A DNA stretch of 64,000 nucleotides, from NCBI GenBank assembly GCA_040954595.2, contig CM082588.2, forward strand, positions 1,479,935 to 1,543,934, written 5' to 3'. Both the position numbers and the translations under genes were made by a program. A model generated the notes under the pieces. The model worked only from the letters and a program-made list of their open reading frames with translations. It ran no database searches and was not told the DNA's origin. Below are positions 1-8,671 of the stretch, in pieces. The stretch is from Balanoglossus misakiensis. Lineage: Eukaryota; Animalia; Hemichordata. How positions within the stretch are numbered: the stretch's first letter is position 1; each line of letters starts with the position of its first letter.

Positions 1-23
1 GACTTAAAAACCTGTGAACCTAC

Positions 24-114
24 CTGTATGTACAGGTTGACTGATATGTATCAAAACAATGATCCCAAGATATACAGTCATAGCTGTTGCAGAATGGTGC
101 CGGATTATACCCAT
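24..114 (-). CDS. Probable first coding exon (signal peptide) of a secreted or membrane protein gene that continues off the left edge of the window
   Basis: ATG at 114 gives MGIIRHHSATAMTVYLGIIVLIHISQPVHT-(G), with a hydrophobic core, followed by a CAG|GTAGGT donor. It is 91 nt, phase 1, the same layout as exon 1 of the adjacent lectin gene. A TTTTTCAG acceptor at 411-418 suggests the exon includes 5'UTR up to 410. Confidence 0.55.
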
Positions 115-1575
115 ACTGTGATTGTTACACCTTGTGTAGTCACTAAAGTCTAGTTTTCCACTAACCCGCTTGTCGACTTTTGTTTCAGTGCGTATCAAGT
201 TTCTTGACCAATCGCGCTTGCTGTTTGAAGTGGATAGCAGAGCACACAACGCAGACGAAAACATCCATCATTGCTCAAAATCGATCGATTAGATTCAGCA
301 GATGGTATTTCGTAGAAACATGAAATGATTTCCCATGCATTAGCGAAGTTATTTCCGAAATGCAAAGTACAGAAGCTGGACAATGCGGCAAGGAAACACT
401 TTGTAAGCATCTGAAAAACCTCTTTGTGTCGCTGTGTTCATTTGATACTGGAAAACAGGAACAGCCAAGAGTCAATTTTTAATTATTCCTTTATTGCATG
501 TCTGTGCCTCTGTGGAATTAATATAGTGACCGACTTGTCCATTTATAACACGGTTTGCTGAAGGGGTGTGCTTTGCAATATTTACCACACACATTGTTTG
601 CTTTTAAAGCATACTACTTGGCAACAGGCAGGCACAACAATTTCAACCGGATGTATCTATGGCAACCCAGACAAGGAAGTGTAAACACTTTTGGTAGAAA
701 TAATATGATGCTGACAACAAAAACAGAATAATTAGATCTTTGTACTTTCTATTCAGCTTTGTGTAGTACAATCCAAAATGTGGATCAGTTTGCAAAATTT
801 TCCATTGAGATTGATAGTTGTCACAAGTTATTTGAACTTCTGATTTTCCGAAATAAGTAACGGAAGTGGCGCAAAAAACAAGACTCATTGAATTTTACAA
901 ATGCCAACAATATAGTCTTGTATTATTTCCGTGTTTTTATTGTCACCATGGTAATTGGCCACCATAGTTACTTCGCATCAAAATCATCCGTGATATCACT
1001 GTTCGGTATTTTTTCACGGTCCTGTGATATTTCTTTTGACATCAGAACTTGATCACTTTCACTTTTTTTTGTTTATCAAATTCGTCTCACCACTTTCAAG
1101 ATGAAAGTATCTTGTCAGATGATGATGGTGTGTTCTTTAACCAAAACAGGTGAAGAATTGAAACATGAAGAGGCTGACGTGAACCACTGGTTTTTCCTGG
1201 ATTTTGGAGAACTTGGTCAAAATTTTCAGGACTTCATGCTGAAAGAAACTCCCACTTCTTCACGTTTACCAAAGTCTGACCCATCCGTCAAGCAACAGGT
1301 GAGCATACACCGCCCTTTTATACTTTTGTATGATTACAGTTTATAACCCCCAAAACAAGATGGCATCTCTGCACATTCATGCCACATGAAAAACCATAAA
1401 ACCATAAAACCTACAGAGAACATCGTCCATAACACTAAATTGTTCTGGGGAGTGTTAATTGTAATCATACCCTGATATAAATGTAATTTTTCATTTGTCC
1501 GAAATATCAGAAAATAATTATTCGACAATCAAGATATTTCTTTCATGTACTCTAGTTTATTTCAACGCAAACTTT

Positions 1576-1785
1576 AATAGGCTATTTCCAAACTTTACAT
1601 CCTTATGTCACACACGATGAATAACACATGGCGAATTAAACTGCACTAAAGTTAGAATTTAGCTAAACTGTGCACCAATTCTATTTTCATACAAAGCCTG
1701 ACTTGTATAACTAGGCTAGCAATCCGTTGCTATGGCAATTGGTCATGTCTGGCGAGATCTCGCAATTAAATTATGTTGGAAATGT
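1576..1785. repeat. Dispersed repeat copy (related to 11525-11782)
   Basis: Shares ATAG..ATTTCCAAACTTTACA and TCAT.CAAAGC...TTGTAT....GGCTAGCAA.CCGTTGCTA.GG with the 11.5-kb copy. Ends are approximate. Confidence 0.55.
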
Positions 1786-2205
1786 TTGGTTAGGTTAAAT
1801 ACAGTGAAGGAAGGACAATGAAATGGCTGAAGTACAAGTTCCGTGGACATTATATCTGCTCTTTGTAGTTTATTAGTTGTGATGGTTTGTTTGCCGTTTC
1901 CACGTGGCTGTATACTGGAACAGTATGGGAATGAAATCACCCTTATTTATTACCGTACATGTGTGTATCGAATACGTTCATCAATACGTTTGCAGCTGCA
2001 TTGCAGATGTTCTCAAGAATCACAGTTTATTCTACTTTGATAGGGATCCTTTAGAGGAGCAAAAGAGATGATTGTCAAACATATGGCACACAAAAGAGTA
2101 TTTTCTAAGCGCTGTCACACCTCAGCGATCGATAACTTTGAAACAATATTGATATCAGTTCAGCCTCCGCGTTTATGACATACCGTTTTCGCAGAGTTAC
2201 GCAGA

Positions 2206-2483
2206 CTAAGAACGGAAATATGAGAACCTAGGCTGTGCTTCTAACTGTGGCAAATGGTAAATCTCGTCAAATAATTCGCATTGCTTGATGTCGATATCGG
2301 ATTCCTGTTCGACGTTGAAGCTCATGCACGCTGCATGAGATAGACATGCGTGCGCACAGGCGATGGGTGATGAGACACTGGTGACATGCAAGGGCCTGCC
2401 TGGAGCTGTCATTCCTTCAGCTTCGAGAGAAAAGTATCCAGATCTGTGGGCTGCCGTTCTTGTGAGCGTGTCAGTTGGTGAAT
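2206..2483 (-). CDS. Lectin gene exon 11 (terminal): PAN/apple-like domain
   Basis: ...VSSPIACAHACLSHAACMSFNV...KQCELFD...FSYFRS* has the CxxxC...CxSFN...CxL PAN pattern. TTGCAG acceptor. Confidence 0.75.
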
Positions 2484-5400
2484 CTGCAATAAAATAGATA
2501 AAGAATGACTTGATATGTTCTATTCACAAAGAAAGTGTATAAAGTTTGAGAATCCTCCATGGACAATAAGGTAGATACAACACAGGGCAGTGTATATACC
2601 TTGTTGTACTGATGACAGTGGTGAGGTTGGCGACGTTGATTGGATATCTGTGTAAGGTGTCACTGATATCGCTGTTGTTGATGCAGTTGTGTCTGGTGCT
2701 GCTGTTACAGCAGTGGTTTGTGGTTCTGTGGTGTCAATTGGGGAAGGCTGCCATGATGTTATTGTCGTGGTTAATGGCAATGATACTTCAGATGTAGTTG
2801 GCTGCGGCTGTGTTATTGTTGTTGGAGGCTTTGTTGTCAGGGTTGTGGTTGGTGGTTCTGTTGTCATGGTTGTGGTTGGTGGTTCTGTTGTCATGGTTGT
2901 GGTTGGCAATTCTGTTGTCATGGTTGTGGTTGGCGATTCTGTTGTCATGGTTGTTGTTGGTGGTTCTGTTGTCACGGTTGTGGTTGGTGGTTCTGTTGTC
3001 ATGGTTGTGGTTGGCGATTCTGTTGTCATGGTTGTGGTTGGCGATTCTGTTGTCATGGTTGTTGTTGGTGGTTCTGTTGTCACGGTTGTGGTTGGTGGTT
3101 CTGTTGTCATGGTTGTGGTTGGTGGTTCTGTTGTCATGGTTGTTGGTGACTCTGTGGTCACGGTTGTGGTTGGTGACTCTGTTGTCATGGTTGTGGTTGG
3201 TGAGTGTGTTGTCACGGTTGTGGTTGGTGGTTCTGTGGTCACGATTGTTGTTGGTGACTCTGTTGTCATGGTTGTTGTTGGCGATTCTGTTGTCATGGTT
3301 GTTGGTGACTCTGTGGTCACACTTGTGGTTGGTGACTCTGTGGTCACGCTTGTGGTTGGTGACTCTGTGGTCACGCTTGTGGTTGGTGACTCTGTGGTCA
3401 CGCTTGTGGTTGGTGACTCTGTGGTCACGCTTGTGGTTGGTGCTTCTGTTGTCACGATTGTGGTTGGTGCTTCTGTTGTCACGCTTGTGGTTGGTGCTTC
3501 TGTTGTCACGATTGTGGTTGGTGCTTCTGTTGTCACGCTTGTGGTTGGTGCTTCTGTTGTCACGCTTGTGGTTGGTGCTTCTGTTGTCACGATTGTGGTT
3601 GGTGCTTCTGTTGTCATGGTTGTGGTTGGTGGTTCTGTGGTCACGCTTGTTGTTGGTGACTCTGTTGTCACGCTTGTGGTTGGTGGTTCTGTGGTCACGC
3701 TTGTTGTTGGTGACTCTGTTGTCATAGCTTGGCCTACAAACAACAGACAGAAAACAATTTGAATGTGTTTGAAATCAAGGGTAATTTTTAGAAAATAAAG
3801 TACAATGTAATAGCCAGCAATCCAACTTAATCAAAATAAACATTAATTGGATAGGAGGTGAGAGAGTTTGCTTTCACCTTCGAAATACTATGTAATCAAA
3901 ACATTCTCTGTTCTTAAAAGCAAACATTGATCTGGAGTTGTCGTTACAATTACCATTTTGTCCATTCGATAAGAATACTTTCTTTCAACTTACTTGGGCA
4001 TGTTCCTACTTTGCATACAAATGACCTCCCAGAGTCGCAGTTGGCATCATAATACTGACATGAAGAAGTAGTCATGCGTACGCAGTTCTCAGATGTTCCC
4101 CCGTTTGGCTCGCTGGTCCATCCTCCATCAAACCATGGAAGAAAGCCTTCAATGTCGCCCTCTATTGTCCTGTAGGTGCCTTCTACGTCTTGATCAGTGA
4201 CGCCGACCCATAGACTAGTCAAAATGAATTTTCAATAGCATGGATTATGTTTTAGCAAAGATTCAATAGCGTTATATGTAAACTCGAAAACATTGCATCG
4301 GTCTGTGTGTATATATCTATTTGTATGTTTGTGTAATACTACTGTGAAACTGGAAATGTAAAGAGTTTGAGATAAATTAAAGGTTGACAAAGTACCTGGT
4401 GTAGTAGATTGAAAAGAAATTTTCGGCAAAATTTCCAACTGCTGTGCATTCTTCACTGTCTTCTATGGTTAGAAGTTGACCAAAACCCATATCTTGGCAG
4501 TAGGAGACTGCGTCGTCGAAGCTCAGACTTGTTTTCACAAAAGTGTAGTTACAATCGCCGTACACCGTCTGTGCTATAACCTCTGGGAGAGAAACATGAC
4601 AATTTCATGTGAAGAAACATGTTTTGTCTACCAAAAGTTTTGATTGTTTGCAGACATGAACACAAACATGTAACCAAAGGCAACACACATATATGTAGAA
4701 ACATGTACATAAATACATTCATAAATACATACATCCATACATGGGTTCCATGCCTGAAAGGTTTAAAATACCTTCTTGATTTTTGTTCATACTTTACCCA
4801 AAGAAAATATTAAATTCCACAACAAGAAATTACATAAAATTACATTTTGATGATCTTATATTCTCTGTTATATAAAATAGGATTACGTACGCTCGCAATA
4901 TGATGGAAGTCTGTCCCAGTACCCATCTGTGCACGTCATGGGTGTTGCATCTTTTATGCTGTGGCCAAACTCGACGCAGGTGAACGACAAGGTGTATCCG
5001 TTTTCCACTGGAAAGATTGCCTCTGGTTCGTCTGTGATGACAGCACCGGAGATTTGTACCTCTACGCACTCGCCGGCTGTGTGATTTTGGAAATATCAGT
5101 AATGGTGTAAGGTCAGCTAAAGGTAGGGTGTTTGTTTATATTCAAAATGGTTCATAATGGTAAAAACACGATGTCACGCACGTTACTGTAATACGGGAAA
5201 TTTTCGCAACAGGAAATTTTCGCGATATCAAAAGAGGCAACATTACGCGATGATAAATTGTCGCGTTCTCGTATCTCACTAGTTGTATCGATGCGACTTC
5301 ATCTTTGCGTTTTTTTGGCTCTCGTGAACTTCGCGAATATTTATCGTACGCGAAAATTTCTCGTTTTCCCTTAAAGAACCATCCTATAGACATCTGTAGA

Positions 5401-7261
5401 ATTCTATAGCCTACTGAACTTCTATAGAAGTTTACAAAAATTTTATGGAAATCTGTAGATTTCCGTGTGGTTTTGGACCCCTTTTCTAATCTAATGAATT
5501 CTATAGAAGCATCAAAAAATCTATAGAATGCATAGAATTCTGTGGGATATTTCTTTCAGGGACAGTATACTGTGCGTTTCAAGCGTGTTTGACAGATCAT
5601 CTGTTGAAGTAATTCTCACTACTTTAAAAAGATTTTTGCTACCTAGGTGAGTGATAAACATCTAATATGACCGACAGAATTTTAAGCTGGCAGACTATTG
5701 CCCTGTTTAACAAATAGAGTTTCATAAGCTAAAGTATAATGTTGGGTCATATTGAACCTGTAGCAGACAAAATAGCAAAATGTGAAAAAAATGTTGTACA
5801 GGTTCTAAAAATGTTGTTTGCCTCCCAAGTGTGAAAAAATCTATATAGGGTAGTGAGTATTATTTTTCAGAGGCTCTACTTACATTCCTTCCGTTTGCAA
5901 ATCATTCCCTTCAAGTCGAAGCTGTAGCTGTCCACAGTTGTCCATTTACCATCACTGACTCTGATGGCCACGTAGTTATTGTTCGAGTTGGGTTCACCCA
6001 GAAGCCAGTCTGCGTAGTTGGTAGAGATTCCCCACACCGTTCGTAAGACGCCCTCTTCAACGTTGTCGTTTATTCCAATCAGGACCTCAGTCACGTCACT
6101 GTGAATATAGCAGACATCATACAACATGAGGCACTAAGCCACGCTACATCAGTTGTATACACCGCGCCAAGGATAAGAAGATAATATGTGTGACATGTCA
6201 ATAAACAGCTGATCTGTATATTTTATGATCGTTCATATGTGGTGACATATTTCTGAGTTTGCTGCTCCATAGTTGATGAAATTTGCTACAGACATTGGTC
6301 TAACAGACTTCTGAATGTCTCCGTAAAAGATTTGACTGTTTCATGTTAATTAACAGCTAACAGCAAGAGTTATTGCACATAATATCATTAACAAAATTAG
6401 CCGGAGATAGTTTCCTCTTCATACATTGATGCCCTTTCTGCCATGGTTCTTTTGCGGAAATCTGAGGAAGAGTATTTTCTGTTCCTCGCGTTTAATGTGT
6501 GACATACCTGGTAAATTGATTGAAGAGGCTCAACACATGGTTTTCCTCATTGATATCAGTAATGTCAGCCAAATATCCGAGACCTTCATTTAAACAGTAT
6601 GATTGCGTCGACGAATGAGAATACTCAGCAGCCACTTCGTAACAGAAGCCATTATACGGATTTGCACAAACTGAAAATGGAAGTTAAATTGTCTCTTTGA
6701 TATACATGTTTATCACACAGTCAGTCAGGCTTTTGTCCATTTTTGCATGGATGGTAGGAGAATCATGTCATGTTGTCAGTCAGTCTATCTGTCAGTCATT
6801 CAGTCTCTGTCTGCATCTACATGAGATTGGTCTTCCATATTTAATATTGTTAAATGCAAACAGCATTTACATGGTTACTAACGTTTGCAAACAGGTGGTG
6901 TCCTATCCCAGAACCCTGCTCCACAAGTGATTGTCTCAGGCCCGTCCATCAAATATCCTGGATCGCATTCGAACGTCACATACTCGCCCTGATCTGCGGG
7001 GAATGTCAGGCTACTGCTTGTTATCTGACCATTAGTTGGCGCAAACACTTCGTCACAGGTTACATCACCTACGTAATGTACCGTAATTCAAAGAAGAAAA
7101 TAATGATTATTTTATATATTGGCACCATGGAGTTTAATATTATCTTTACATGTGATAGTATACTGTCTTGTTAGTACATACATACATACATACATACATA
7201 CATACATACATACATACATACATACATACATACATACATACATACATACATACATACATAC

Positions 7262-7292
<31 letters not shown>

Positions 7293-7356
7293 CATGCATA
7301 CATACATACATACATACATACATATCATACATATCATACATACATACATACATACA

Positions 7357-7387
<31 letters not shown>

Positions 7388-8671
7388 TAATAATTATTAA
7401 TAATAGTAGTAGTACAGTACCTAGCAGTCACCCATGATAAAGTCAAACTTGCTCAATAGTAACAGTCATGTGCGCTACTGTAACCATTTTCGGATCTCCT
7501 TACCTTTTCTCCGCTTACACAGTGGCTGAAAGCGTTCATAGCAATTCTCGTCCGACCATTTCCCTGTCAAGTCCATTGCCACGCAGTCCTGTGGCATGGA
7601 CGTACTCCCGTCGTTTGGTTCGCCAACCAAGAAGTTCGAATATGGAGCAAGATCTTGCATGACCGTCTGATATGTGCCTTCAGAAACAATATCATGAATC
7701 CCGATCCAAACAGTTCCACTGTATTGCGATCTAAGAATGAACGAAATCATATCACTTATCAGAATGAACTGGAATAACACCATATCACATAGTTTTACTC
7801 CACCAATAGGCCAAGCTGTGGCAATTAAAAATGTTTCCATTGCTCAACTCAGCCTAGGTTGCTACAATTTAATCTGCAGAAAACAGGTTTGAAGATAGTA
7901 ACTTTTCTACCTTTTGTTGATAGGTTAGAGTAACAATCATATATAGCGAATTAATTCTTTTTCAAAAAAGCACTCTCTGCACAACTTTTGCATACTAAAA
8001 TAACACTTTCTGCCTGAAGTAATATTGATGTATTCCAGAAAAGAACTTACAGCACGTTATTGACAATGTGATCTTTTTCTGCTGCACTTCTGATGTCCGC
8101 CAGGTTTCCAAGAACAGGCCCCAAAAAACTGTCAACCTGACATGCTTTTAAAGCTTTTCTCCAAGATGTTTGGCTACTACGTGTCCCGTAGCAGTAGCCG
8201 TTGAATTCGTTTTCACAGGCTGCGTGATGATGGTGGTAAAATAGTAGTAGTAATAGTGAGTCTTAATCGTAGTAACTTTAGCAGTATTGACAACAGTACA
8301 GGTAACAGTAATGCAAAAATTTTTCAAGTGCTAGTGGTATGATCACAGTTCATATATATATATGTGTGTGTATATGTGTGATGTTTATCAACTTCATCTG
8401 TTAGCAACAAACAAAAGCAATGAACTTGTATTTTACGGGGTATGGACTCGTCCGTAGCGATTCATGAAGCAAAAAAGTCAACTCCTAAAAACGAGTTTTG
8501 GCCAAATCGCCACCCTCCAAATGATAGATTAGCAAACTAACCCATGGGTGGTGCGTACCTACCTGCATCGACAGAGTGCAAAACACTCAGCAACATGCTC
8601 AGGAAAACGAAGACCTCTAGACATACATGCATACATTTTCCGGGATAGTAATGGATAAAATTCATCCTCAT
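2206..8671 (-). CDS. Secreted multidomain C-type lectin / sushi / mucin / PAN-apple protein, 11 coding exons, 1024 aa
   Basis: Exons (minus): 8671-8563, 8219-8051, 7730-7504, 7068-6883, 6670-6508, 6098-5884, 5076-4891, 4582-4396, 4214-3994, 3733-2600, 2483-2206. All introns are GT-AG with compatible phases (1,2,1,1,2,1,1,2,1,1). The total of 3075 nt is open to the TAG. Domain motifs are given in the exon entries. No transmembrane segment. Confidence 0.85.
2600..3733 (-). CDS. Lectin gene exon 10: Thr/Pro/Glu-rich mucin-like domain
   Basis: 1134-nt phase 1-1 exon with a TTTGTAG acceptor and an AAG|GTATAT donor. It encodes tandem TTE(S/A/P)PTTx(V/M) repeats. Confidence 0.88.
2823..3725. repeat. 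Coding minisatellite, 27-bp unit (occasional 24-bp units), about 33 copies
   Basis: Repeated GTTGTGGTTGGTGGTTCTGTTGTCATG-like units arranged in homogeneous sub-blocks (TTEAP, TTESP, TTEPP). Confidence 0.95.
3994..4214 (-). CDS. Lectin gene exon 9: C-terminal half of CTLD3
   Basis: LWVGVTDQDVEGTY...SEPNGGTSENCVRM...YYDANCDSGRSFVCK. GTAAGT donor. Confidence 0.9.
4396..4582 (-). CDS. Lectin gene exon 8: N-terminal half of CTLD3
   Basis: VIAQTVYGDCNYTFVKTSLSFDDAVSYCQDMGFGQLLTIEDSEECTAV... CCCAG acceptor, CAG|GTACTT donor. Confidence 0.85.
4891..5076 (-). CDS. Lectin gene exon 7: CCP/sushi domain 2
   Basis: SGECVEVQISGAVITDEPEAIFPVENGYTLSFTCVEFGHSIKDATPMTCTDGYWDRLPSYCE has four Cys plus W. 186 nt, phase 1-1, the same length as exon 4. 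Confidence 0.85.
5186..5565. mobile_element. Tc1/mariner-type MITE (TA TSD) interrupted by a second element
   Basis: TA|CTGTAATACGGGAAATTTTCGC ... GCGAAAATTTCTCGTTTT[insertion]ACAG|TA. The right TIR is restored once 5368-5561 is removed. Confidence 0.7.
5368..5561. mobile_element. Small imperfect-TIR element (CCC...GGG) nested in the MITE
   Basis: Ends CCCTTAAAGAACCATCCTATAGA and TCTGTGGGATATTTCTTTCAGGG are imperfect inverted repeats. Internal (TT)CTATAGAA palindromic sub-repeats. Confidence 0.6.
5884..6098 (-). CDS. Lectin gene exon 6: C-terminal half of CTLD2 (divergent)
   Basis: VLIGINDNVEEGVLRT...YADWLLGEPNSNNNYVAIRVSDGKWTTV...MICKRK retains EPN but lacks the inner Cys pair. Confidence 0.85.
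6508..6670 (-). CDS. Lectin gene exon 5: N-terminal half of CTLD2
   Basis: LCANPYNGFCYEVAAEYSHSSTQSYCLNEGLGYLADITDINEENHVLSLFNQFT. TTTTCAG acceptor, GTATGT donor. Confidence 0.85.
6883..7068 (-). CDS. Lectin gene exon 4: CCP/sushi domain 1
   Basis: GDVTCDEVFAPTNGQI...GEYVTFECDPGYLMDGPETITCGAGFWDRTPPVCK has four Cys plus W..pPxC. 186 nt, phase 1-1. Confidence 0.9.
7175..7386. repeat. (TACA)n microsatellite in intron 3
   Basis: Direct observation. It is the source of the spurious YIHT/MYVC ORFs. Confidence 0.97.
7504..7730 (-). CDS. Lectin gene exon 3: C-terminal half of CTLD1
   Basis: VWIGIHD...EGTY...GEPND...QDCVAM...GKWSDENC...PLCK carries the WIG, EPN and WND-like (WSD) motifs. TAG acceptor, GTAAGG donor. 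Confidence 0.9.
8051..8219 (-). CDS. Lectin gene exon 2: N-terminal half of CTLD1
   Basis: ACENEFNGYCYGTRSSQTSWRKALKACQVDSFLGPVLGNLADIRSAAEKDHIVNNVL carries the FNGYCY, W..A..AC and LA.I.S..E motifs. CAG acceptor, GTAAGT donor. Missed by the ORF track. Confidence 0.85.
8563..8671 (-). CDS. Lectin gene exon 1: signal peptide
   Basis: MRMNFIHYYPGKCMHVCLEVFVFLSMLLSVLHSVDA, with donor GCAG|GTAGGT in phase 1. The true start Met may be one of the in-frame downstream ATGs. Confidence 0.7.

Noticed and set aside
2612-3762. Long plus-strand Val-rich and Leu/Trp-rich ORFs (357 aa, 309 aa)
   Set aside because: Antisense shadows of the 27-bp mucin repeat. The minus-strand frame has proper splice sites and fits the gene model.
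7119-7437. YIHT/MYVC repeat ORFs
   Set aside because: Translations of the (TACA)n microsatellite.
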